A DNA stretch of 64,000 nt from an uncultured Candidatus Rokubacteria bacterium (GTDB taxonomy: Bacteria; Methylomirabilota; Methylomirabilia; Rokubacteriales; CSP1-6), in the NCBI GenBank assembly GCA_963747235.1, contig CAVVEU010000033.1:1-64000 (forward strand), given 5' to 3'. The notes beneath the pieces were generated by a model. The model had not been told where the DNA came from. It did no database searches and saw nothing but the letters and a program-made list of their open reading frames with translations. Of the stretch, positions 43,146-52,291 are shown in pieces. The first letter of the stretch is position 1. Every line of letters starts with the position of its first letter. Both the position numbers and the translations under genes were made by a program.

Positions 43146-44168
43146 ATGAACTTCGGGACCTTCCTGCTGATGCAGTCGCCGTCCGCCAAGTCCTCCAAGG
43201 AGATCTACGCGCGCGCGGTCGAGATGGCCCTGGCCGCGGAGCGCCTGAACTTCAACAACATCTGGCTCGCCGAGCACCACTTCTCGACCTACGGCTATCT
43301 CTCGCGTCCGGTCCAGCTCGCCACCTACCTGGCGGGGCGGACCACCCGCATCCGGGTGGGCACCGCGGTCATCGTGGTGCCGCTCCACCACCCGCTGGTG
43401 GTCGCGGAGGAGATCGCCACGCTCTCGCTTCTCGCCCCGGGGCGGCTCGACATCGGACTCGGCCGCGGCTACCAGCACTACGAGTTCGAGCGCTTCGGGC
43501 TCGAGCTCGAGAGCGGGCGCGCCCGGTGGGAGGAGTCGGTGGACGTCATTCTGAAGGCGCTCGCGGGCGGTCCGTTCAGCTACGAGGGCAAGCTCTACCG
43601 GATTCCCGAGACCACGATCTTCCCGCAGATGGAAGGGCCGCGGCCGCCCATCTGGATCACCGCCCAGAGCCCCGACTCCGTCGAGGGCGCGGTGCGCCGC
43701 GGCTTCAACGTGCTCACCGGCGGCTTCGGGGTGCCGGTCGAGCGCATGGCCGAGTTCCGCAAGCTCTTCGACCGGGTGGTGGCCGAGGTGAAGCCGCCGC
43801 AGCCGCTGCACGTCGGCGTGCAGCGCGCGGTCTACGTGACCACGAGCGACGCGGACGCCCGCGCCGCCGCCGAGGAGGCGCGCTGGAACATGCGCGTGAC
43901 GCTCAGCCTCCGCAATCACTACGAGCGCGTCGAGGACGGCCGCGCGATCCCGGTGCCCGCGCCGACGGAGCCGGACGTGGACGATCTCCTCGACCGCTAC
44001 CTGGTGATCGGCACGCCCGAGACCTGCATCCGCCAGATCGAGCGCCTGCGCCGCGACGTGGGCATCACCCACTTCAACTGCAGCTTCTGGTTCGGCGACC
44101 TCGACCAGGCGCGCGTGCTGCGCTCCATGGAGCTCTTCGCCCGCGAGGTCATGCCCGCCTTCGCGTAA
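43146..44168 (+). CDS. LLM class flavin-dependent oxidoreductase (luciferase-like)
   Basis: WLAEHHF, HPLVVAEEIATL, GRLDIGLGRGY, SMELFAREVMP. Confidence 0.92.
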   Translation: MNFGTFLLMQSPSAKSSKEIYARAVEMALAAERLNFNNIWLAEHHFSTYGYLSRPVQLATYLAGRTTRIRVGTAVIVVPLHHPLVVAEEIATLSLLAPGRLDIGLGRGYQHYEFERFGLELESGRARWEESVDVILKALAGGPFSYEGKLYRIPETTIFPQMEGPRPPIWITAQSPDSVEGAVRRGFNVLTGGFGVPVERMAEFRKLFDRVVAEVKPPQPLHVGVQRAVYVTTSDADARAAAEEARWNMRVTLSLRNHYERVEDGRAIPVPAPTEPDVDDLLDRYLVIGTPETCIRQIERLRRDVGITHFNCSFWFGDLDQARVLRSMELFAREVMPAFA

Positions 44169-44177
44169 TCCGGCGAG

Positions 44178-44262
44178 CCTCTCACCCCAGCCCTCTCCCC
44201 AGAGGGGAGAGGGAGCCGGCAGGAAAACCCTCTCCCCTCTGGGGAGAGGGCGGGGTGAGGGG
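44178..44262. repeat. boxC-like palindromic repeat, inverted pair
   Basis: CTCACCCCAGCCCTCTCCCC-AGA-GGGGAGAGGG...CCCTCTCCCC-TCT-GGGGAGAGGGCGGGGTGAGGGG. Confidence 0.9.
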
Positions 44263-44300
44263 TCGAGTGGTGAGGGGGCCTGTGCTATTCTCCCCGGCGC

Positions 44301-45542
44301 ATGACAGACCGGGGCTCGCGCCACGAATGGCCGGGCGCGTCATTGACGCGCGTGCCGTACTGGGTCTACCAGGACGAGGCGAACTACCGCGCCGAGCTGC
44401 GACGCATCTTCGAGGGGCCGGTCTGGAGCTACCTCTGCCTCGCCTCCGACCTCCCCAAGGCGGGTGACTACCGCACCAGCTTCCTCGGCGAGATGCCGGT
44501 CATCGTGGTGCGGGGCGCGCAGGGCGAGGTCCACGCGTTCGAGAACCGCTGCGCGCACCGGGGCGCGCTGATCGCGCTGGACGACAGCGGGTCCACCGGC
44601 AGCCACTTCCAGTGCGTCTACCACGCGTGGACCTACGATCTGACCGGCAACCTGGTCGGCATCGCATTCGAGAAGGGCAGCAACGGCAAGGGCGGCATGC
44701 CCGCGTCCTTCTGCAAGGCGGACCACGGGCCGCGCCGTCTGCGCACCACCGTGCTCGCCGGCCTCGTCTTCGGGACGCTCTCGCCGGACACCCCGCCCAT
44801 CGAGGAGTACCTGGGCGCGGAGGTGCTGGGCCGGCTCCGGCGCGTGCTGCACAAGGAGGCGCGGGTGATGGGCCGCTTCACGCAGGCCCTGCCCAACAAC
44901 TGGAAGCTCTACGTGGAGAACGTGAAGGACACCTACCACGCGAGCCTGTTGCACACCTTCTTCGGGACGTTCCGCATCACCCGGCTCACCCAGGGCGGCG
45001 GGATCCTGGTGAGCCCGGACGGCGGCCACCACGCGAGCTACACCATCCAGCGCGCGGACGACGCCCACAGCACCGCCTATCGCGACCAGGGCATCCGCTC
45101 CGAGCACCAGAACTACCGCCTCGCCGATCCGAGCCTGCTCGACGCGGTCAACGAGTTCGGCGACGACATCCAGCTCCAGATCCTGACCGTCTTCCCGAAC
45201 TTCGTGCTCCAGCAGATCCACAACTCCCTCGCGGTGCGCCAGGTGCTGCCCAAGGGCCCGGGGGCGATGGAGCTGCACTGGACCTATCTCGGCTTCGCCG
45301 ACGATGACGCGGACATGCAACGCCGCCGCATGAAGCAGTCGAACCTGGTCGGCCCCGCGGGCTACGTCTCGATGGAGGACGGCTGCGTGGGCGGCTTCGT
45401 GCAGCGCGGGGTCGCGGCGGCGGGGGACGAGCTCTCGGTGGTCAACATGGGCGGCGAGGGCGCCGAGTCGCAGGAGACGCGCGCCACCGAGGCCTCGGTG
45501 CGCGGCTTCTGGAAGGCGTACCGGCGGTACATGGCGGACTAG
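44301..45542 (+). CDS. Rieske oxygenase alpha subunit, anthranilate/salicylate/terephthalate (AndAc/NagG/TphA2)-like group
   Basis: [55 protein letters not shown]. Confidence 0.9.
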   Translation: MTDRGSRHEWPGASLTRVPYWVYQDEANYRAELRRIFEGPVWSYLCLASDLPKAGDYRTSFLGEMPVIVVRGAQGEVHAFENRCAHRGALIALDDSGSTGSHFQCVYHAWTYDLTGNLVGIAFEKGSNGKGGMPASFCKADHGPRRLRTTVLAGLVFGTLSPDTPPIEEYLGAEVLGRLRRVLHKEARVMGRFTQALPNNWKLYVENVKDTYHASLLHTFFGTFRITRLTQGGGILVSPDGGHHASYTIQRADDAHSTAYRDQGIRSEHQNYRLADPSLLDAVNEFGDDIQLQILTVFPNFVLQQIHNSLAVRQVLPKGPGAMELHWTYLGFADDDADMQRRRMKQSNLVGPAGYVSMEDGCVGGFVQRGVAAAGDELSVVNMGGEGAESQETRATEASVRGFWKAYRRYMAD

Positions 45543-45543
45543 G

Positions 45544-46005
45544 ATGCTGGCCGAGCGCGTCTCCCAGCTCAACGCGGAGTACGCGCGGGCCATCGACGAC
45601 GACCGGCTGGAGAGCTGGCCGGACTTCTTCACCGATCCCTGCGTCTACAAGATCACCTCGGCCGACAACTACCGGCGCGGGCTGCCCGCCGGGATCGTCT
45701 ACGCCGACTCCCGGGGCATGCTGAAGGACCGGGTCACCGCCCTGCGCGAGGCCAACATCTACGAGCGGCAGGCCTACCGGCACCTGGTCGGCCTCCCCGC
45801 CATCCGCGCGGGCGCGGGCGATCTCGTGCACGCGGAGACGCCGTTCCTGGTGGTGCGCGTGATGCGCGACGGCAGCATGGATCTCTTCGCCACCGGCCGC
45901 TACGTGGACACCATGGTGGACGAGGGCGGCGCCCTGCGCTTCCGCGAGCGCCTCGTGGTCTGCGACAGCAGCCGCGTGGACACGCTGCTCGCGATTCCCC
46001 TCTAG
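45544..46005 (+). CDS. Rieske oxygenase beta subunit (AndAd/TphA3-like)
   Basis: [41 protein letters not shown]. Confidence 0.88.
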   Translation: MLAERVSQLNAEYARAIDDDRLESWPDFFTDPCVYKITSADNYRRGLPAGIVYADSRGMLKDRVTALREANIYERQAYRHLVGLPAIRAGAGDLVHAETPFLVVRVMRDGSMDLFATGRYVDTMVDEGGALRFRERLVVCDSSRVDTLLAIPL

Positions 46006-46029
46006 CCCTCGATCCCGGGAGAGACCCGC

Positions 46030-46896
46030 ATGCCCACGCCCCTCCGCGCCCTGATGCAGGGTCCGCTGCCCGTCACCGCGCCCCTCGTGCTGAACCCGCT
46101 CATGGCCCGCATGGTCGAGGCGGCCGGCTTTCCGGCCGGGTACCTGGGCGGCGGCGCCACCGGCTATCAGAAGGTGGCGCTCGAGGCCAATCTGAACCTC
46201 ACCGAGATGTGCCAGGCCGCGCTCGACATCGGCGCGGTCTCGCGGCTGCCGCTCATCCTGGACGGGGCGTGCGGCTACGGCGACCCGATGCACATGCACC
46301 GCACCATCGGCATGAGCGAGGCGGCCGGCTTCGCGGCCATCGAGATCGAGGACCAGCTCGTGCCGAAGCGCGCGCACCACCACATCGGGATCGAGCACAT
46401 GATCCCGGTGGAGCTGATGGCGGCCAAGGTGGCGACCGCGGTGGCGGCGCGGCGCAACCCGGACTTCCTCATCATCGGGCGCACCAACGCGGTGCGCGCC
46501 AGCACGATGGACGACGCGCTCCGCCGCGGGGAGGCCTATCGCAAGGCGGGCGCCGACGTGCTGCTGCTCTCGATGGCGCACACGCCCGAGCAGCTTCGCC
46601 TCATCGGCGAGCGGCTCGGCGGCCCGCTCATGTACCTGGCGGGGCGCGGCGGCCTCGCCGGCTCCGGCATGACGCTCGCGGATCTCGGCGCGCTCGGCTT
46701 CCGCATCGTGGCGGATCCGTCCACGCCGCTGCTCGCCGCGTTCGCGGCGTGGAAGAAGGTCTACGCGGATCTGGCTTCGGGCTTCGGCGCGGGCCAGGCG
46801 AAGGCCGACTGGGGCCCGCTCGAGCACGAGATGCTGGGCGTGATCGAGCTGGAGAAACTGCTCGCGGTGGAGCGCCGGACCGTCGAGAAGGGGTAA
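46030..46896 (+). CDS. Isocitrate lyase / PEP mutase family protein
   Basis: [29 protein letters not shown]. Confidence 0.87.
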   Translation: MPTPLRALMQGPLPVTAPLVLNPLMARMVEAAGFPAGYLGGGATGYQKVALEANLNLTEMCQAALDIGAVSRLPLILDGACGYGDPMHMHRTIGMSEAAGFAAIEIEDQLVPKRAHHHIGIEHMIPVELMAAKVATAVAARRNPDFLIIGRTNAVRASTMDDALRRGEAYRKAGADVLLLSMAHTPEQLRLIGERLGGPLMYLAGRGGLAGSGMTLADLGALGFRIVADPSTPLLAAFAAWKKVYADLASGFGAGQAKADWGPLEHEMLGVIELEKLLAVERRTVEKG

Positions 46897-46942
46897 AGAA
46901 ATACAGCTTTTTAATCAGATAGTTGCGGAGATATAGGTGGAG

Positions 46943-46974
46943 CTATACACAGACCTATCCACAACTGTGGATAG
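46943..46974. promoter_or_regulatory. Three DnaA-box-like 9-mers
   Basis: CTATACACA 46943, CTATCCACA 46955, TGTGGATAG 46966 (each one mismatch to TTATNCACA), next to an AT-rich stretch at 46894-46925. Confidence 0.6.
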
Positions 46975-46999
46975 CTGCGCGCCCACCTTGGGGTGCGAT

Positions 47000-47242
47000 T
47001 TACCCCTTGGCCAGCTTCTCGACTTGTCGCCGCGAGAGGCTGGCCAGCCGCGAGAGCAGCGCGTTGACCTTTCGTTCCGACACCTGGTCCACGAGGATCA
47101 GCTTCTTCGACTTCGTGCGGGTCGCGAGGTACGCGACCCAGTCATCCAGATCCGGCGTGCCGCGCCACGCGATGGTGAGGCCGCTCAGCCGGAGCTTCCG
47201 ACGCCCTTCCACCTTCGCCAACGGTTTGCGACTCGCCTGCAT
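47000..47242 (-). CDS. Hypothetical small basic protein (80 aa)
   Basis: Closed ORF with GC-biased third positions filling the gap; no family recognised. Confidence 0.6.
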   Translation of the reverse strand: MQASRKPLAKVEGRRKLRLSGLTIAWRGTPDLDDWVAYLATRTKSKKLILVDQVSERKVNALLSRLASLSRRQVEKLAKG

Positions 47243-47300
47243 GGAAGTGGAGCCTAGTGAAGTCGGTAGTGATGTGTCAAGCCGATGACAAAGAAAGTTT

Positions 47301-47319
47301 TGTGAATAGCTGTGGATAA
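47301..47319 (-). promoter_or_regulatory. Two DnaA-box-like 9-mers
   Basis: TGTGAATAG 47301 and perfect TGTGGATAA (= TTATCCACA) 47311. Confidence 0.62.
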
Positions 47320-47354
47320 ACCTCTATCATCCTGACTTCAAGGAGGAGACCGCG

Positions 47355-48104
47355 ATGCGACTCAAGGGCAAAGTGGCCATCGTCACCGGCGCGGCGCACG
47401 GAATGGGCGAGAGCGAAGCGATGATCTTCGCGCGCGAGGGCGCGAGCGTGATCGTCGCCGACGTGGACGCGGACGGGCAAAAGGTCGCGGCGAACATCAC
47501 CGGCGCGGGCGGGAAGGCGCAGTTCGTGAAGCTCGACGTCGCGAGCGAGGCGGACTGGGAAGCCGCCATCAAGACCACCGTCGCCGCGTACGGGCGGCTC
47601 GACATCCTCGTCAACAACGCGGGGATCAGCGGCACCCACGATCCCGACTACGAGAGCACCGCGGCGTGGGACCGGCTGATGGACATCAACGCCAAGAGCG
47701 TCTTCCTCGGCATGAAGCACGCGGTGCCGGTCATGCGGAAGGGCGGCGGCGGGTCCATCGTGAACATCTCGTCCATCTCCGGCTTCGTGGGGCAGGACAA
47801 GATCCACATGGGCTACAACGCCTCCAAGGGCGCGGTGCGGATCATGACCAAGTCCGGCGCGGTGCAGTACGGCAAGGACGGGATCCGCGTGAACTCGGTG
47901 CACCCCGGCTTCCTGCCCCCGATGCGGACCTCGAAGGGCTCGGCCGATCCGGCCTGGCGGAAGCCGCTGCTCGACTCGGTGCCCCTCCGCCGCGAAGGCC
48001 GGATCGAGGAAGTGGCCCACGCGGTCCTGTTCCTGGCCTCCGACGAGGCCTCGTACATCTCCGGGACCGAGCTGGTGGTGGACGGAGGCTTTCTCGCGGT
48101 CTGA
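47355..48104 (+). CDS. SDR family oxidoreductase (classical, YxxxK)
   Basis: TGAAHGMG, NNAG, YNASK, NSVHPG; AGGAGG RBS. Confidence 0.93.
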   Translation: MRLKGKVAIVTGAAHGMGESEAMIFAREGASVIVADVDADGQKVAANITGAGGKAQFVKLDVASEADWEAAIKTTVAAYGRLDILVNNAGISGTHDPDYESTAAWDRLMDINAKSVFLGMKHAVPVMRKGGGGSIVNISSISGFVGQDKIHMGYNASKGAVRIMTKSGAVQYGKDGIRVNSVHPGFLPPMRTSKGSADPAWRKPLLDSVPLRREGRIEEVAHAVLFLASDEASYISGTELVVDGGFLAV

Positions 48105-50479
48105 TGGCCACCCGGCGGATCCAGGGCTTCTGCGCGCTCTGCCGCTCGCGCTGCGGCTGCGTCTCGGTCGTGGAAGACGGGCGGCTGGTCGCGGTCGAGC
48201 CTGATCCTTCGCATCCCACCGGCGCCAGCCTCTGCGTGAAAGGCCGCGCCGCCCCGGAGCTGGTCTACGCGGAGGACCGGCTGCTCTACCCGATGCGCCG
48301 CACGCGGCCGAAGTCCGACCCGGACGCGGGCTGGGAGCGCATCAGCTGGGACGACGCGCTCGACTGGACGGCCGCGAGAATGCGCGAGGTCGCGCGGCGG
48401 CACGGGCCCGAGGGCGTGGCCTTCGGCTGCACGACCCCGGCGGGCACCGCGGTCTCCGACGGCTTCCTCTGGATCCTCCGTCTCATCCGCGCCTTCGGGA
48501 GCCCGAACCTGGTCTGGGGCGAGGAGCTGTGCGCCTGGCACCGGGACTTCGTCACCCCGTTCACGTTCGGCGTGGACATCGGCACGCCCGACTTCGAGCG
48601 CACCGGCTGTCTCCTGCTCTGGGGGCACAACCCGTCGGCCACGTACCTGGCGCAGGCCACCGCCGTCCAAGATGCGACTACGCGCGGAGCGGCCCTGGTC
48701 GTAGTGGACCCGCGCCGCGCGGGGGCGGCGGCCCGGGCGGATCAGTGGCTCCGCGTGCGCCCCGGCACCGACGGCGCGCTCGCGCTGGGGCTGGCCTCCG
48801 TCATGATCGCGGAGGGCTGGTACGATCGCGACTTCATCCGCGACTGGTCCAACGGCGCGTTCCTGGTGCGCGCCGACACCGGCCGCCTCCTCACCGCCGC
48901 CGATCTCTCCGCGGTGGGCAGCCCGGCGCACTACGTCGCGTGGGATCGCGCCGCGGCCCGGCCGGTCGCGTACGATCCGGCCACCGCCGACTTCATCGAG
49001 CCGATCGGCGATCCGCAGCTCGACGGGACCGTGCGGTGCATGACGCGCTCCGGCCCCGTCACGTGCGTGCCCGCGTTCGAGACCTACGCCACGCTCTGCC
49101 GCGAGTACCCGCCCGAGCGCGTGGAGGGCATCACCGGCGTCCCGGCCGCCCAGATCGTCGCGACCGCGCGGCTCCTGTGGGAGCGCCGCCCGGTCTCCTA
49201 CTTCCACTGGACCGGGCTCGAGCAGCACACCAACGCGAGCCAGACCGTGCGCGCGCTCTCGCTCCTCTACGCGCTCACCGGCTGCTTCGACGCGCCCGGC
49301 GGCAACGTGCGGCCGAGCCGCCCCGCGGTCAACGACCTGGCTCCGCTCGCGCTGCTCCCGGAGCGGCAGCGCGCGAAGGCGCTCGGCCTGGCCGGGCGGC
49401 CGCTCGGCCCCGCGCGCCAGGGCTGGCCCACCGCGGCCGATGCCTATCGCGCCATGCTCCACGGCGCGCCCTACCCGGTGCGCGGCATGGTCGGCTTCGG
49501 CACCAACCTGCTGCTCTCCGCGCCCGGCGCGGCCACCGCGCGCGCGGCGCTCACGAGCCTCGACTTCCTGGTCTACGCCGATCTCTTCCTGACGCCCACC
49601 GCCGCGCTGGCGGACATCGTCCTGCCGGTGTCCACCGCGTGGGAGCGCGAGGGCCTGCGCGTGGGCTTCGGGCCGACGCAGGACGGCGAGCAGCACGTGC
49701 AGCTCCGGCCCGCGGTGGTGGAGCCGCGGGGCGAGGCGCGCTCGGACATCTGGATCGTCTGCGAGCTGGCCCGGCGCCTGGGCCTGGGCGAGCGGTTCTG
49801 GGGCGGCGACGAGGACGCGGGCCACCGCTTCATGCTCGAGCCGACCGGTGTCACCGTCGAGCAGCTCCGCGCCAGTCCGGGCGGCGTGCGCACCGCGGTC
49901 GAGCCGCGCTTCAAGCGCTACGCGGCCCGCGGCGCCAATGGCCCGGTCGGCTTCGCCACGCCGAGCCGGCGGGTGGAGATCTTCTCCGCGCAGCTCCAGC
50001 AGCACGGCCAGTCGCCGCTGCCCGAGTTCGTCGAGCCCGCGGCGAGCCCGGTCAGCCGCCCCGACCTCGCCGAGCGTTTCCCGCTCCAGCTCACCACCGC
50101 CAAGGTCGTGCAGTTCTGCCACAGCCAGCACCGGAGCCTGGCGCGCCTGCGGCGGCACAGCCCCGACCCGCAGGTCGAGCTGCATCCGGACGCGGCCGAG
50201 GCCCGCGGCATCGCGAGCGACGACTGGGTGCTGATCGAGACGCCGCGCGCCACCATGCGGGCGCGGGCGCACCTCAATCCGAGCCTCGCCCCCGACGTGG
50301 TCTGCGCCCAGTTCGGCTGGTGGCAGGCGTGCGAGCCGCTCCAGCTCGGCGGCTACCCGGCGGAGGGCGCGACCAGCGCCAACTACAACAACCTGATCGA
50401 TCCCGACGCCGCCGATCCGATCAGCGGGACGGTCGCGCTGCGGTCCTATGTCTGCCAGGTCCGCCGAGGAGAGCCGTGA
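48104..50479 (+). CDS. Mo/W-bisPGD (DMSO reductase superfamily) oxidoreductase with N-terminal 4Fe-4S cluster
   Basis: CALCRSRC..LCVKG, RLLYPMRR, LWGHNP, VRPGTDGALALG, ADIVLP, FATPSRRVE, HSQHR. Confidence 0.9.
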   Translation: MATRRIQGFCALCRSRCGCVSVVEDGRLVAVEPDPSHPTGASLCVKGRAAPELVYAEDRLLYPMRRTRPKSDPDAGWERISWDDALDWTAARMREVARRHGPEGVAFGCTTPAGTAVSDGFLWILRLIRAFGSPNLVWGEELCAWHRDFVTPFTFGVDIGTPDFERTGCLLLWGHNPSATYLAQATAVQDATTRGAALVVVDPRRAGAAARADQWLRVRPGTDGALALGLASVMIAEGWYDRDFIRDWSNGAFLVRADTGRLLTAADLSAVGSPAHYVAWDRAAARPVAYDPATADFIEPIGDPQLDGTVRCMTRSGPVTCVPAFETYATLCREYPPERVEGITGVPAAQIVATARLLWERRPVSYFHWTGLEQHTNASQTVRALSLLYALTGCFDAPGGNVRPSRPAVNDLAPLALLPERQRAKALGLAGRPLGPARQGWPTAADAYRAMLHGAPYPVRGMVGFGTNLLLSAPGAATARAALTSLDFLVYADLFLTPTAALADIVLPVSTAWEREGLRVGFGPTQDGEQHVQLRPAVVEPRGEARSDIWIVCELARRLGLGERFWGGDEDAGHRFMLEPTGVTVEQLRASPGGVRTAVEPRFKRYAARGANGPVGFATPSRRVEIFSAQLQQHGQSPLPEFVEPAASPVSRPDLAERFPLQLTTAKVVQFCHSQHRSLARLRRHSPDPQVELHPDAAEARGIASDDWVLIETPRATMRARAHLNPSLAPDVVCAQFGWWQACEPLQLGGYPAEGATSANYNNLIDPDAADPISGTVALRSYVCQVRRGEP

Positions 50480-51243
50480 GCACCCTCGAGCAAGCCATCG
50501 ACGCGTTCTGGACCGCGGCCCGCACCCGGACCGCCCCGCCCGCCGAGTGGATGAACCGCCTGAGCCGCGAGGAGGCCTATCGCGTGCAGCTCGGACTGCT
50601 CGCGCGCCACGTGGCGGCGGGCGAGCGGCAGGCCGGCTGGAAGGTCGGCCTCACCTCGAAGGCGATGCAGATCCAGCAGAAGGTGCACGAGCCGGTGCTG
50701 GGCTTCCTCCTGGCGAGCGGCGAGCGGCCGAGCGGCACGCGCTTTCAGTTCGCGGAGCTGATCAATCCCGGCTTCGAGAACGAGCTCTGCCTGACGGTGG
50801 GGCGCACGCTGCGCGGACCCGGCGTCACCAATGATCAGGCGCAGGCCGCGCTGACCGCGATGGCGCCCGCCTTCGAGATCATCGAGAAGCGCGGCGACTT
50901 CGCGGCCGATCTGAACGTGAGCCTGGCCGACAACGCGCAGCAGCGCGCCTACGTGACCGGCGCGGCGGTGCCGGTGCCCGCGGGCTTCGACCTGGCCACG
51001 GTGGCGCTGGAGCTCTCGGTGAACGGCGGCGCCCCCGACCGGGCCACCGGCGCGGAGGTGCTGGGCACGCCCGCGGCCTCGATCGCGTGGCTCGCCAACA
51101 AGCTCGCCGAATTCGGCCTGGCGCTCGAGGCCGGCATGAAGGTGATGTCGGGCTCGTTCACCCGCCAGTACGCCATCACCCGCGGCGACCACATCGCCGC
51201 CACCTTCACGCCCGTCGGCCCCGTCCGCGCCGACTTCGTCTAG
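50476..51243 (+). CDS. 2-keto-4-pentenoate hydratase / FAH superfamily
   Basis: GWKVGLTS, ENELCL, PAFEIIE, ADN, WLANKL, MSGSFT. Confidence 0.88.
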   Translation: MSTLEQAIDAFWTAARTRTAPPAEWMNRLSREEAYRVQLGLLARHVAAGERQAGWKVGLTSKAMQIQQKVHEPVLGFLLASGERPSGTRFQFAELINPGFENELCLTVGRTLRGPGVTNDQAQAALTAMAPAFEIIEKRGDFAADLNVSLADNAQQRAYVTGAAVPVPAGFDLATVALELSVNGGAPDRATGAEVLGTPAASIAWLANKLAEFGLALEAGMKVMSGSFTRQYAITRGDHIAATFTPVGPVRADFV

Positions 51244-51249
51244 CCCTCG

Positions 51250-51290
51250 CCCCTCTCCCCCGCCGAGGGGGAGAGGGCAGGGTGAGGGGG
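51250..51290. repeat. boxC-like palindromic repeat between convergent genes
   Basis: CCCTCTCCCCC-GCCGA-GGGGGAGAGGGCAGGGTGAGGGG. Confidence 0.9.
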
Positions 51291-51293
51291 CGA

Positions 51294-52256
51294 TCAGGCG
51301 ACCAGGACAACCTTGCCGTGGTGGCCGGCTTCCATCACCACCTCGTGGCTCCGCGCGGCCTGCGCCAGCGGGAGCTCCTGGGCGATGACCGGCCGGAGCG
51401 AGCCGTTGCGTAGCCCCTCGACGAGCTGGGCGTGGATGCCCGCGAGCTGGGCCGGCGTGGCGTGGTTGAGCGCCATGCCGAGGATGGCCGCGTCCTTGTT
51501 CATGGCGATGCGCGCGTTGATCTCGGTGTTGCCGCGGTTGCCGATGACCACGATGCGGCCCCGCAGCGCGATGGCGCCCAGATCCTTCTGGAGATTCACG
51601 TTCGCCAGCATCTCCATGATGATGTCGGGCCCGCGCCCGCCCGTCAGCTTGACGCACTCCTCGAGATAGCCCGCCGCGCTGTGGTCGAGCACGTGGTGCG
51701 CGCCCTGCTCCGCGACCAGGCGCCGCCCCTTCTCGGTGCTCGCGGTGCCGATGACGGTGAGGCCGCGCGCCCGCGCGAGCTGGACCGCGCCGATGCCGAC
51801 GCCGCCGCTGGCCCCGTGGACCAGCACCGTCTCGCCCGCCTCGCCGTGGGCGCGGTTGAAGAGCGCGTGATACGCGGTCGCGTAGGGCACGTTCATGGCC
51901 GCGCCCTGCGCGAAGCTGGCGCCGGCGGCCAGCGGGTGCACCTGCCCCTGCTCGCACACCGCGTACTCGGCGTAGGCGCCCGTGGCGGTGCCACCCACGT
52001 AGACGCGGTCGCCCTTCTTCACCGCGGTGACTCCGGAGCCCACCGCTTCGATGACGCCGGCCGCATCCCCGCCCGGGGTGTAGGGCAGCTTGGGCCCGCG
52101 GTTGTCGGTATTGCTGCGCAGGTAGGTGTCCACCGGATTGATGCCGACGGCGTGGTTGCGAACCAGCACCTGGCTGGGCCCCGGCTGGGGCGTGGGAATC
52201 TCCTCGAGCTTCAGGACCGCCGGACCACCGTACTCGGAGACGCGGATCGCTTTCAT
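51294..52256 (-). CDS. NADPH:quinone reductase (zeta-crystallin, MDR family)
   Basis: GINPVDTYLR, PYTPG, LVHGASGGVG, GKVVL. Confidence 0.92.
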   Translation of the reverse strand: MKAIRVSEYGGPAVLKLEEIPTPQPGPSQVLVRNHAVGINPVDTYLRSNTDNRGPKLPYTPGGDAAGVIEAVGSGVTAVKKGDRVYVGGTATGAYAEYAVCEQGQVHPLAAGASFAQGAAMNVPYATAYHALFNRAHGEAGETVLVHGASGGVGIGAVQLARARGLTVIGTASTEKGRRLVAEQGAHHVLDHSAAGYLEECVKLTGGRGPDIIMEMLANVNLQKDLGAIALRGRIVVIGNRGNTEINARIAMNKDAAILGMALNHATPAQLAGIHAQLVEGLRNGSLRPVIAQELPLAQAARSHEVVMEAGHHGKVVLVA

Positions 52257-52291
52257 GGGATGGGCTCCTTTCGGCCCCAGAGTCTACCTCA

